NCBI GenBank assembly: GCA_951406725.2
Contig: OX597829.1
Location: forward strand, 34,286,001 to 34,350,000
DNA from: Octopus vulgaris
Taxonomy: Eukaryota
Direction of reading: 5' to 3'
Length of the DNA: 64,000 nt
The notes under the pieces were generated by a model, which was not told where the DNA came from, did no database searches, and saw nothing but the letters and a program-made list of their open reading frames with translations. Positions 26,904-38,656 of the stretch are shown one piece after another (the stretch's first letter is position 1; each line of letters begins with the position of its first letter). A program made the position numbers and the translations under genes.

Positions 26904-27320
26904 GTAAGTTTATCTTTTTCTTTATTTCCTCCCTTTTCTCTCTCTTTGTTTCTTTCTCTTTTTCTCCCTAACTTTCTCTTTCCTCTCTCACCCTCTCTCT
27001 TTCATGCCTTGTAAAGTGTTTTCTTTTATGTTACTTGCAAAATAAATTAATCAGGTGGAAAATTATAAATGTGTAAGTATGTGGTATACATCATTAGGCA
27101 ATTAATACCTAATTGTACAATTAATACCTAATTGGGAATGTTCCTTTGCAATGAGCAAGTCATGATATATGTTCATGCAAACAGAAAAGAAAACTGAACA
27201 GAAAAAATTCAGTAAAAATAATGTCATAAAAAAATTTTTTTGTATTGACATATCTCTTCTTTTGATCAGAGCCTTACTCAGAAAGAATTTGCTTAGTTTT
27301 AATTCTTATTTCCAGTGGAA

Positions 27321-27353
<33 letters not shown>

Positions 27354-27817
27354 TCCCCTGTGCTGGTGTTGGTTAGATAGTTTGACAGGAATTGGCAAGT
27401 CAGAAGATTGTACCAGGCTTTGCTATCTGCTTTGGCATGGTTTCTATGACTGGATGCTCTTTCTAATGCCACCCTCTTTACAAAATGTACTGGGTGCTTT
27501 TTACATGGCACCAGCAGCAGCAGCAGCAGTGAGGTCACCAAGTAACTTGCAAGACAAGCCTTCTCAACTGAGGGTCTTCTCTTGAGGGAGGTGGCTTAGT
27601 GCCAGTTATGAAATAAAGGACAGAAATAGGTATCTAGCAGAGAGAGATACATGGCTTCTTCAGTTGGGGACAGAGAGAGAGAGAGAGATAGGTGGGTGAG
27701 ATGGTGAAGATATGATGAGGTGGAGAATGGACAAGATAAGTTTGCAAGGTCGCAAAAGGTGAGAGATGGAAGAGAGGGGAATGCAGTGGGATGCTGTAGG
27801 GAAGAGATTTGATATAC

Positions 27818-29146
27818 TGTTATGAGGATAATAATAATTGAACACCCCTTCCCACATGAGTGGTACTTGTTAGTCGTTAGAAATACTATGACATAGGCAG
27901 TCGAGTTGTTGAAGTCAGCAAAGTCAGTCATTGATAGTATTGTCTTTACTTGTCTAATTAACTATACTGCTATACTGGAGTGGTTGTTATAGCAGCCCAG
28001 CATTGAATTGCAAGTGTGGCAACGAGGAATTAACAAATTCACAAAGATTAAACGAACTCGTAAGGAGTTATGAAACCCACAAAAGCTTTTTGTGTGAATT
28101 TTTACAGTATACAAAATCGTAAAATTATGGAAGAATTGTTAGCTGTTTTGCTCGAATTGCAAAAGCAGCAGCAACAACAACTGCTAGAACAACAACAATT
28201 ACTGTTATAACAAAAAATGCTGCAATTAAGGAATAGTAAGTCGTCTAAAAATGCTGAGAAGATGTTCTTGCCTTATTATGTTGCCAACTCAATAATAGAA
28301 TTTAAGTATAAACCAAATGAATGAGTTACCTTCCAGGCGTACTATAAAAATACAAAGAGATCTTCAATAAAAAGTGCAAAGATTGGGACAGTGATATAAA
28401 CATGTGTCTAATCCTAAGAAAACTGGCAGCAGGAGAACATGAGAACATGAGCATTATAGCAATTATGTATTCTTGAAAAAAGCATTCTGACATAAACTTT
28501 AGAAATACAACAGACATATTGTGGAAGATTTTTAGTGAGAAAAGCTCGTTTAATACATGCTGGAAATGTTTGAACCTAGAAAAGAACAATGAGGAGGAGT
28601 ACATCACATATGCTGGTAGAGTTAACAGAGAATGTGTAAAGCTCAAACTGGATGAGTTAATGCCAGACATATTCAAGATATTTACTCATGGACTAACTGC
28701 AGAGAAAGATGCAGAAGTAAGAACAATAATTCTCTCTAAACTGGAACAAAACCAAGCTCTAACTTTACAACAAGTGTCAGAAGAGTGTGAAAAAATAGTA
28801 AATCTAAGGTACAACACTGAGAAAATTGAACATAAAGATTGCTCCTAAATGAAACAAGTGTGAAACAGGCAGAATAGAAATCAAGTGTGTACTAAAATAC
28901 ATTTCAAACAGGACGAAAGTCAGGAAACAAACCCATGTTTTGCATGTGGAGGTCTACACCTGAGAAAAAACTATGCATTTATGAAAGTGGAATGTTTCCG
29001 TTGTGGAAAAATTGAACATGTGGAAACACACTGTAAAACCAAGATGGCAAAATGTTGGAACAAAGAAAAAAGAGCAAACAAGATGTTGTCAAAAGAAAAT
29101 GGTAATGTCACAAAGAAGAAATTTGTAAATGTGAAAATTGAAAATA
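27818..29146 (+). mobile_element. Gypsy (Mag-like) retrotransposon 5' part: LTR, PBS, decayed gag
   Basis: TGT...GCA LTR 27818-28012; PBS-like TGGCAACGAGGA 28017-28028; ATG 28127 starting a Q-rich gag; twin zinc knuckles CFACGGLH...CFRCGKIEH....C. Confidence 0.82.
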
Positions 29147-29147
29147 T

Positions 29148-29730
29148 CAGGTCATTAAGAATGAAATGTTTGATTTTCTTACGCACTCTAATGTTTTATC
29201 TTGACAATTCTTTGTTTTACAACATTGAAGAATTACATCATCATTTTTCAAAATGCAATTCATAGTGTCTGATTATATTGTGAGTTTTCTCTTGTAAATC
29301 AATTTTTCTGAACCAATAGATAGGTAAAAAAAATTCCTTTGGAACCAATGCATCTCAGACAACTTGAAACATCAATGAGGTGTTTGGTGAAGATGTGGCG
29401 AATGAGCACACTTTACACTGATAGTTTGAGAAGTTCGAGTCCGGTGACTTTACTCTTGAAAGTCAAACCCCGCGGTAGACCCGAGACCAAGGTGGATAAT
29501 GATGAGCTGGAAACTGTAGTGGAAGCGGATAGATCTCAAACAATGTGTAAGTTAGCAGCAAGGTTTGATGTTTTGATTCCAACTGTATAGAACCATCTGA
29601 AACAAATTGGCAACATAAAGAAGCTGGACAAGTAGTACCACACGAACTGAATGAGCATCAAATGATGTCGTCTTGAAACTTGATGTTCTTTGATGTCATG
29701 GCATAAAAGCAAACCATTTTTGCATCATAT
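29148..29730 (+). mobile_element. Mariner transposase 5' fragment
   Basis: Broken frames: GTNASQT..NINEVFGEDVANE...FEKFESGDFTLE..PRGRPETKVDNDEL..VEAD.SQT..LAARFDV...HLKQIG..KKLD...PHEL. Confidence 0.85.
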
Positions 29731-29759
29731 TGATAGCAAAGGACAAAGGGCACATGCCA

Positions 29760-30800
29760 ACCCAAGGTTGCTATGTATTAGTTTAATGCTCAGGAAGTGA
29801 GAAAGTCTTTTACATTTTGAGCCTACGCTCTTCGACAGAAAGGAATTAAAAAATAAACAGGTAGAGAAAATAGAAAAAGGTTTAGTGGTTAACAATCTAT
29901 CATGGCGAATGCTGAACAAAGGGGTCACACAGGAGAGCTAGGAAGAAGGGGAGATAATAAAGTAGTGATGATCCCAAAACGAAGGTGCATATGCATGTGT
30001 ATATGAGAGCGTTATGTGCCTGTGGAAGGGGACTGGTGACATTGACGTGTGCAGGTGTAGGTGTGTGGATGATGGTGTAGGTGCTAGGAAGTGTTCAGTG
30101 CTAGTGTGTGCACTGGTGTGGGTGCTAGGAAGTGGTCGGTGCTAGTGTGTGGGGGTGAGGGAAGCGAGGGTGGGATCAAAGGGGTGGGGTGGGATGGAAT
30201 GTATAGGGATGGTTGGGTTGGAATGTGTAGGAGTGGGGTAACAAGGGACGGGGTGACAATGAAGGAAGAGGTTGACAGGGAGAAGGTGGGTAGGAGTGAA
30301 GAGAGGAAGCAGGTGTCAGCAGGAGAGGAGAGTTGGGTGGGAGAAAGGTGTAGAGGAGGAAGGTTAGATGAAGAGAGGAGGATAGTTGAGCCCATGTGAT
30401 GCGAAGGGAGAAGATTAATCCTTGCTCATAGTGAAGATGGGAGTCCAGATAGTCCCTGTGCAAGGACAATCCAAACACAGACAGGTGTTTAGATATCTAT
30501 GTAGGATGAAGGGGATATCCACGTAGGATGAAGTAGCAAGCCATGAGTTGAGATTGAGTCTCAGTCATGGTCGTCACTGCAGAGCCTGCGTAGCCAGAGA
30601 AATTGGGAATAGGGGATGGGGAGCTTGCTGTGTTTAGGGTGGGGGGGGAGAAGTTGAAGTATGAGTGTGAATCTGTGTGTTTGTAGTGGATGGAGGTGGT
30701 GAGAGTGGAGTGATGAATGCTGACCAAAATGTTGAGAAAGGCAACTGAGGTGTCGGAAATAGTGCAGGAGAAGTGGAAGGCAGGATGGAAAGATTTGACA
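29760..30800 (-). mobile_element. Penelope-like (Neptune-type) remnant with 3' pseudo-LTR
   Basis: HYKHTDSHSYFNF..HPKHSK..IPYSQFLRLRRLCS..YFILRGYP; GIY-YIG tail FGLSLHR..HYEQGLIFSL; hammerhead-like motif at 29807-29842. Confidence 0.8.
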
Positions 30801-30807
30801 ACATTGA

Positions 30808-31261
30808 CCTATATTTCTGGACTGCCATATTACCTTGGTGATAGCTATTAATATCCAGTACTGCTGCCGTAGTCTCCTTTAGTGAGACTTAGAAATAATA
30901 TTTCTGTTTTTGAAAACCAGTGGATGTATTCCACTGAATTTAGATAAATAATCCTTCGAACAAACGGTCAGTAGCGACGCCTGCTGCATTTGGCTGCTCT
31001 GCATTGATAAAGGGCAAATACCCTGAAACTAGTCTGCAGATGCCTGACCAGCAAGGGGAAGTGGATGACCTCCCCTGTTTGAAGATTATAATGGACACAG
31101 GTTTGTGTCACATAGCTAGCTAGAGGCGATGGCCTCTTGGAGCTAATCAATGGCAGCATTCGCCCTATATTTCTGGACTGCCATATTAGCTTGGCGATAA
31201 CTATTAATATCCAGTACCGCTGCCGTAGTCTCCTTTAGAGAGACTTAGAAAGAATATTTCT
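30808..31261 (+). mobile_element. Retrozyme-like unit: 356-bp monomer plus 98-bp repeat, containing a hammerhead
   Basis: Direct repeats 30808-30905 and 31164-31261 (6 mismatches by eye) bracket the hammerhead at 30998-31040. Confidence 0.7.
30998..31040 (+). ncRNA. Minimal type-I hammerhead ribozyme, U3-A8 variant, GUC cleavage triplet
   Basis: TCTGCA-TTGATAA-AGGG-caaata-CCCT-GAAA-CTAG-TC^TGCAGA: 6-bp stem I, 4-bp stem II, palindromic stem III (ACTAGT); predicted cut after 31034. Confidence 0.75.
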
Positions 31262-31274
31262 ATGTATATGTGTG

Positions 31275-31321
<47 letters not shown>

Positions 31322-31356
31322 GTATATGTATGTTTATATATATATGTATGTGTGTA

Positions 31357-31630
31357 CTTCTAGCCTCATATACTGCATTAAGTGCAACCTCTGTGGGAAA
31401 CTATATGTAGGTCAGACGGGCCGCCGACTGATTCACCGAACATTTAAGTGATGTTTGGCTACGTTCGAACACTCCCGTTGCCTGTCACTTCCACTTGGCC
31501 AACCATTCCCCCTCTAACATCTCCGTCTTTGGCCTTGCTCTACACCACGGATCCACACACTCAAGACTCCGCCTGGAACAGCGCTATACCTTTAATTTAC
31601 AGATAATTATCCCCCACAGACTAAACAACC
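31357..31630 (+). mobile_element. Penelope-like GIY-YIG endonuclease fragment
   Basis: SSLIYCIKCNLCGKLYVGQTGRRL / FTEHLSDV..NTPVACHF..ANHS...RLRLEQRYTFNL...P..LN. Confidence 0.85.
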
Positions 31631-31824
31631 CCCCTCCTTGTGACTGCGTCTACACCTTCAGCAACAAGCAACTTAATTTCTTTTCTCATTTTTATTTTTA
31701 CTTGTAATTGCGCCATTTATATTGCATTAACTTCCTTATCTCTTTTCAACCTTAATTTTTATATTTGGTTTTTATAATTTTTTTGTTTTTTTATTGTTTA
31801 TAATTTATTGTTTTTTATTTCTAT

Positions 31825-32440
31825 ATACACGCACACATACATACACATACATACATATCCACGAACGCACATATACCTCCCACACACCACACACATACAA
31901 CACACATACATGCACATATACACACACATACTTCCACACACATACACACATGCGCCCACGTACACACACATGCACACATCACAGGAATGCACAGATACCT
32001 ATCCCAGACAACCCCACGCACACACAGACACACATACCTTTATACACACACACATAAACATACACACAACCACATACACACACATGCTCAAGCACACGTG
32101 CAAGCACGCAACAAAATGCACACTAACCCGACACACATCTCTATGTTCACACACACATATACACATGCACGCACACACACTTGCACACACGCACATACAT
32201 ACGTACATAATACACACATGCACATATACACACGTACATACACACACACATTAGCACAGGTTCGCACATATACCTCCTACACACTACACATACAGACAAG
32301 CACACAATTATACACACATGGACACAAACACGCACGCACTTAAGCATACGCACACAAGCACATGCATGCACATACACACAGGTACGCACATATACACCTA
32401 CACAAACTCCACACACAATATATGCATACATATATATATG
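31825..32440. repeat. Degenerate (CA)n-rich tract
   Basis: Read directly; source of the HTHT/CVCV ORFs. Confidence 0.93.
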
Positions 32441-33559
32441 TGTGAGAAATGTTTAGATCAAGTAGAACAATGTGAACTTTTGTGGGTGGGTCCAAAAAGT
32501 TAGTTTTCTAATGAAGATTCTTCATATCAAAGTAGTATCTTGCTAATGCAAGATATTTAAAATATTAAAATATGACAAATAAAAAGTGTGTTATGAGCAT
32601 GTATAGTATATAGTATATAATGAGCATGTATAGTATATATATAGTATATATAGTGTGTTATGAGCATGTATAGTATAGTATATAAACTCAACTATGAGTT
32701 AAAAAATGGAGATGAGAAGATGTTAGAAGTTTTTGTAAAGTTTTAATCCATATGATCATTTCGAATGATAATACCAACATGTAAGAAACATGGAAAATTA
32801 AATTAAGTTTAATAATTATTAAAATGATAATTAAATTAAATCAATTACGTATTACCATTCTCCTCAGTGGAAAAGATGATGAAAACATCAGAAAAGCTAT
32901 TAACAAAAGAATGTTACAATGAAACTACAGAGAGCCTGTGTCAGATAAACTCGATCGGTTATTCATAAGAAAAATTGTGAAAGATGAAAACAGAGATATA
33001 GGAACATTCTTATGTAGTGTTGAGTCTATCTGTGTAAGAACTAGAACTGTTTTGGCCAATGCATATTTTAAAATATAAGTAGGAAAGATCAGAGACAAAA
33101 AAATATAACAAAATTTCACATCCGCATCTAACACACATAAATGCATGCGCTCGCACATAAAAGTGTATACACCTACACATATATACATTTGAATATGAAT
33201 AAATAATAATAAGCATCCAGTGGGATATGATGGCTATATTTAAATTTTAGTGTGTATTGACAGTAATGGGTGGTGTACAATGAAAAACGGTGAAAAAATT
33301 AAAAAAAGAAATAATTTACTAAAAGAAGAGTGTCTATGATAAGGAGCTTAGGTATATGGATGTGATTTAAAATAAGTTAATAGAAAATTGCACGGGTCTT
33401 AATAAGTTACTGTGAAACTGCAGAAACATGAGGCCTTACACTTGAGAAAAGACGGTTTAGGGCATGATATTGTTAAGGCAATAACCTTGGTAACCTCTTG
33501 AATCAAATCAATACCCAAGCTACCTTTCAAAAAGTTAAATTTTTCTGCAGTTTACGGTT

Positions 33560-35325
33560 TCTGTGTATAAGTGCTTTTGGGTGAAGCCAGGCCAAACCAC
33601 TGAACCACCAGACTGATTCGATTGAAATTAGGTATGTTCTGAGGCATGATTTAGTCATAACAACTACTTCGATCAATGTTCAGTTTTCGCAAAAACTCAA
33701 TCAATAATTGTCGATTTTTTTTTTTCAAAAAGTCATCCGATTTCAAGGAAACGCGGTACACATTTGCAGTTTGACCCAAAGAATTTCATGGCGTCACAGT
33801 ACTCAGCGGATGACCAGAAGACTGAAACTGAACTACAGAAGCACAATGAAGCTGCATACCACTTAACATGTTTATTGCTCCAGCATTTTATGAGACACCA
33901 GATTATTCAGATTTATTTATGCTAGGGATCCACTATAACCGCTACACAGTGTATCCAAGACAACACAAATGCTTTTATTTTCGCCTTCTGTTACATGAAG
34001 GATGTGGGCCCCAGTCATTTGATGACTTAAGGAATGTCGATGGCTCTGTTTGCAGCACTTACAGGGAAGTATGCCTCAAGCACTTCCTGTTGGAAGACAA
34101 TGCGCAATCGGAGGTTACGTTATTTGAAGCTGTTGCATCCCAGACACCTAAGCGTCTATGCGCTCTATTTGCTGTTATGCTGCAAATTTGTGAACTGAAC
34201 AACCCTTTGTCTTTGTGGCTCAAATTTAAAGACAACTTATTGGAGGACTTCATACGTCAGGTGAAGTTGCTTTTTCTTTGGATAGAAAATATAAGCGATG
34301 AGGTATACAATCAAGCCTTAATCGACATTGAAAATACTTTTGTATCACTCAGTGGAAATGACTTACCCTCATATGGTCTGCCTAAACCATTGCATTCAGA
34401 GTCAAATTTACTTCCTATGACTCTTTTGCGAGAGACGTCCTATGATGCAGATGCCCTTGCCAATTTCGTCATAGAAACTGAACCAAGAACTCTGACCAGG
34501 GCCAAGTACTGAAATGCTGTCAGCTTATTGTGTAGGATGAGTGTACTGTGGCCCACAAGGGAGCCTTCGACACATTAAACAGAACCCTTCAGGATATCAG
34601 GGGTTGTGAAGCCCCCATGGGAGGTGTTACACTTTTGCTTTCAAGTGACTTTAGGCAAACTCTTCCTGTTATCCCCAAAGGCACGTGAGCAGATGAGGTT
34701 CAAGCATGCCTTAAATCACCCCCGCTCTGGCGTCATGTCAGGTTACTGACCCTGACAATCAACATGAGGGCTCGATTGCTCGGCAACCAAACGTTGGCTA
34801 ACTTCACAAGTGACATTCTGAAACTTGGCGATAGTAAAGTGCCTCTTAACACTGATGGGGAATTGGACGTCCACCCATTCACAACTCCCATTTTATCTTT
34901 GGCCGAACTCACCAATAAAGTGGCTGTCTGAAAGAGCAGTGCTGGTTCCGAAAAATGTGACCATTACAAAACTCAGTGATCAAGTGTTGCAGTTACTTCC
35001 CGGTGCTCCTTTCGCATACAAATCTGTAGATACAGTGGTAGATGTAAATGAACCGATGAATTTCCCAACGGAGTTCCTCAACTTTTTAGACCCTCCCTAC
35101 CTACCACATCTGCTATGCCTTAAAGGTGGAACTCCTGTTATGCTTCTGCACAATTTGAAGCCGCCCAGACTGTGCAACAGAATACATCTGGTTGTAAAGA
35201 AATTGATGAAGCATGTTGTCGGGGCCACCATCCTATGCGGAAAAGGTGAGGATGTATTCATTCCCAAGATTCCCCTTACTTCCTTGGGAGCAGACACACC
35301 TTTTGTCTTCAGAAGACTGCAATTA
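33560..35325 (+). mobile_element. Helitron RepHel remnant (PIF1-like helicase), internally deleted
   Basis: FYFRLLLH..GPQSFDDLRNVDG..TYRE.C...LLED; DECTVAH..LQDIR..MGGVTLLLSSDFRQTLPVIP; ERAVLVPKN; LKGGTPVMLLHNL.PP.LCN; VFIPKIPL..F.FRRLQ. Confidence 0.92.
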
Positions 35326-35346
35326 TTGGGAATTGATATAAAACTT

Positions 35347-35495
35347 GAACAATTGCAGCGTGGAAGGTGTTTATAAGCCATTTAAGAAACACACACAAAC
35401 CGTTAGATTCACTTCAACATTTAAATTTAATTTGCCAAAATATTTTCGTCGCTTTGAGACTGCGACCTGTTCACTGACAAAATTCCATGCTGCAC
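35347..35495 (-). mobile_element. Single-arm copy of the 4100-4367 element, with G3-C8 hammerhead-like motif (35431-35481)
   Basis: Colinear with 4100-4230. Minus strand reads TTTGTCA-GTGAACA-G-GTCGC-agtctcaaa-GCGAC-GAAA-ATATTT-TGGCAAA. Confidence 0.65.
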
Positions 35496-35614
35496 AGAAA
35501 AGTTGGCAAGTCTTATAAGTGATGGTAGCTACAGCAAAGACCCTACTTTTAAAACAGAGAGGAAATTGTCACAGATCTTAATCAAGAACAAGGATTACTT
35601 TACACCAATGAAGT

Positions 35615-37270
35615 ACAGTTCTTTCTAACCACTTGTCTATCCCTAGTTTCCGCATTGACCACTAGATAAAGGATTGGGAGACCCTGTGAAAGGCTTTCTC
35701 CAATTCAATAAAAGCCAAGTACAGAGGTTTATCTTTAGCTATGTATTTCTCCTGCAGCTGTCTTACCAGAAATGTAGCGTCAGTAGTGCTTCTACCTGGC
35801 ACAAAACCAAACTGCATCTCTCCCAGGTCAACTACCTCCTTAATTATTTTGGCTGTCACCCTCTCCATAACTTTCATCATCAGGTCCAGCAATTTGATAC
35901 CCCTGTAGTTATTTCTATCTAAAGCGTCACCTTTATCTTTGTAGCAGTTGACTATGATGCTGCTACACCAGTTATTGGATATGACGCCTTTACGATGTGG
36001 GTGACTAGCCCATAATTCAGTGGTGATTCCTGATGGGCTTGGTGCTTTCCTTGTCTTCATATTCTTAATTGCTTTATCTACCAGGGTACTGTCAATTAAG
36101 GTAGCAGGTCCCTCAATTTCTTCAACATTTGGCAGGCTCTCCTTCTCCCGTTCATTCTCCACATTCAGTAGTGTTTCATAATGGCATGTCCAAGGCTCTT
36201 TCTTTGCAGAACCATTAAACGCATGTACTCCATCATCCATGTGGATTCATTTCTCTCCTATGACATCACAATTTTCTCTCACACACTGTCTTGCAATCTG
36301 AAATAATTTAATTCTTTGGTCCTCACATCACTGAACATTCTTTTCTGTTTCTCCCTTGGCTATATATATATATACCTGTCTCCTAGCTTCCCTTCTTGCT
36401 GTCTAATACAGTTCCCTGCTACCCCCACTCTTCTAGGCTTTCCAGGCCTTTTTCTTTGCTCTAATAGCCCTGCCTACAGGATTATTCCACCACCATGCTA
36501 CTCTGTTTGGAAGGGGCTTTGCACCAGCCACAGATCTGGTCCGTGGTAAGTTGTCACGCACGAATTACCAGTTGTTCTACAAGTCTTCCCCCCTCTCATC
36601 AAATTTCTCATTGAGGATGTCCCTAAATCTCTGACCATGTGAATGGTTCTTAAGCTTCTAAGTTCTTTTTTTCCAGAATGGTCTGCTTCTTGACATCCTT
36701 TTGGCTTTGAGTCTGATGTCACTTATAACTAGTTTATGCTGGTGGTGGTGTTGGGAGGTACATTTTTCACCAGGGAGGGTCTTTGTATTTAAGAGCAACC
36801 ATGCATTCCACTGTCTGGTGAGAATGAAATCAATCTGGCTCACAGAGTCACTTGATTGATAGGTTATCAGGTGGTTGGCTGGCTTCCTGTAGTTGGTGTT
36901 GCAGATCAATAGGTTCCTTGCCTCACAGGATTCCAGTAGCCTAGTTCCTGCTTCGTTTCAGGAACCAGTTCTATGGCCCCCATGAACACTATGAAAGATA
37001 CTGGACTGCTGTCTGACATGCCCATTCAAATCTCCAGCCAAAAAGATGAGGTCATTGTCACCCGTCTTTGAGGTTGCCTAGAGAAGAATATCATAGAAGT
37101 GGTCCTTCTGTTCATTTGGTAGGCCTGCTTGTGGGGCATAGGCAGAGATAATTGTAGCTATACTATTCTGCAAGACTAGCCTGAACTTAAGCACTCTATC
37201 ACACATCCTGACTAACTCTATGACCTTATCCACCCATTTCTCTGCAAGGAGTATTCCCACACCACCTACC
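35615..37270 (-). mobile_element. RTE-clade LINE ORF remnant (APE endonuclease + RT)
   Basis: GGVGILLAEKW...IISAYAPQAG; SQIDFILTR...QHKLVISD; KAPSPSGI...NYRGIKLLD...QFGFVPGRSTTDA.F..RQLQEK...LEKAFHRV. Confidence 0.92.
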
Positions 37271-37279
37271 GTGTCATTG

Positions 37280-37920
37280 TTGAACAAATTCTGTCTGGAA
37301 GATGATAAGATTTTGCAAAGGATAATATTTTTCACCTAATTTTGAAACTAATATTGCTATCTTTTAATTTCAAAATGAATTTGCTAAGTCTTGTATTATT
37401 CTGTTTAATTCTGTTTCTAAAAGAATTCTCATGGTTTAAAATTCTGGTTTTCACAAAACATTCTGTAGAACCAACATGGTACTAATTCTTATCTTCTGCT
37501 TCAATGATTGCTTGGTATACCAGATTCTTATGTTTGCTATTATTAAATTTGCATTTTTCTTTAACCTTACAATTACAAAATTTTATGAAGATTATCTTTG
37601 GAATTAACTAAAATAGGTAGATTATTGGCAGTTACTTCCCCTTGATAGAATAAACTAAAATTCTCAAATTTATTTTTGGTGGATATTTGATGCATGCTAT
37701 TTCCAGGAGAAATATCAATTTTACAATTCTCATAGAAATTATCTAATTTTGCATTATTAATAGAAGTTATATATCTAGATAAGTTTCTAGTTACTGAAAA
37801 ACCATATCTTAAAAATTTATTATTAATAATTTCACTATACTTATTACAAGCGAAATGCCTGTTTATCAGTCTATGTATATGTTTGATTAAATTAGTCTTA
37901 ATTTGTTTAGCAAAGAGTAA
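37280..37920 (-). mobile_element. Penelope-like remnant with CxC-type linker and GIY-YIG (tentatively Naiad-type)
   Basis: IKTNL...INRHF...FCNCKVKEKC...NLVYQAII...*YHVGSTE..VKTRILNHENSF...TRLSKFILKLK...IR*KILSFAKSY. Confidence 0.7.
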
Positions 37921-38003
37921 TACAAAACCCCTCCCAGGTGAAGAATGTATCCCCCAGCATAGACTATTTATTAGTGACTTTAGACTCAAGACCACACACA
38001 CTT

Positions 38004-38048
<45 letters not shown>

Positions 38049-38308
38049 GATGCAAACACATGCACACTTAAGGATACACATCTTAGAAGAACAAAATTGA
38101 GTAAGTGGAGCAAGAGCACACATGAAAACGAAAAGAGTTGCTGAAGAAGTATGATAAAAGATTTCTGGACAATGAACATGAGTTAAAATAAATAAAAAAA
38201 AAAGAAACAACAGTAATAAACAAGTGAAGAACAAATATATAGTGTGTGTGTTTATTTGGCAAAAAAAAACAAAAAATGACCATCCCAAAATACAACAATA
38301 TACACATA

Positions 38309-38656
38309 GGCACAGATGTGACTGTGTGGTAAGTAGCTTGCCTACCAACCACATGGTTCCGGGTTCAGTCCCACTGCGTGGCACCTTGGGCAAGTGTCTT
38401 GTGAGAGGATTTGATGGATGAAAACTGATAGAAGCCCATCATGTGTGTATATATATGTGTGTGTGTGTTTGTCCCCCACCTCATCGCTAGAAAGCTGGTG
38501 TTGGTGTATTTACGTCCCTGTAATTTAGCAGTGCGGCAAAAGAGACTGATAGAATATGTACTAGGCTTACAAAGAATAAGTTTTGGGGTCGATGTGCTTG
38601 ATTAAAGGCACTGCTCCAGCATGGCTGCAATCAAATGACTAAAACAAATAAAAGAG
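38309..38656 (+). mobile_element. tRNA-derived CORE-like SINE (same family as 9490-9886)
   Basis: Colinear with the 9490 copy; GGTTCAGTCCC B-box. Confidence 0.82.
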
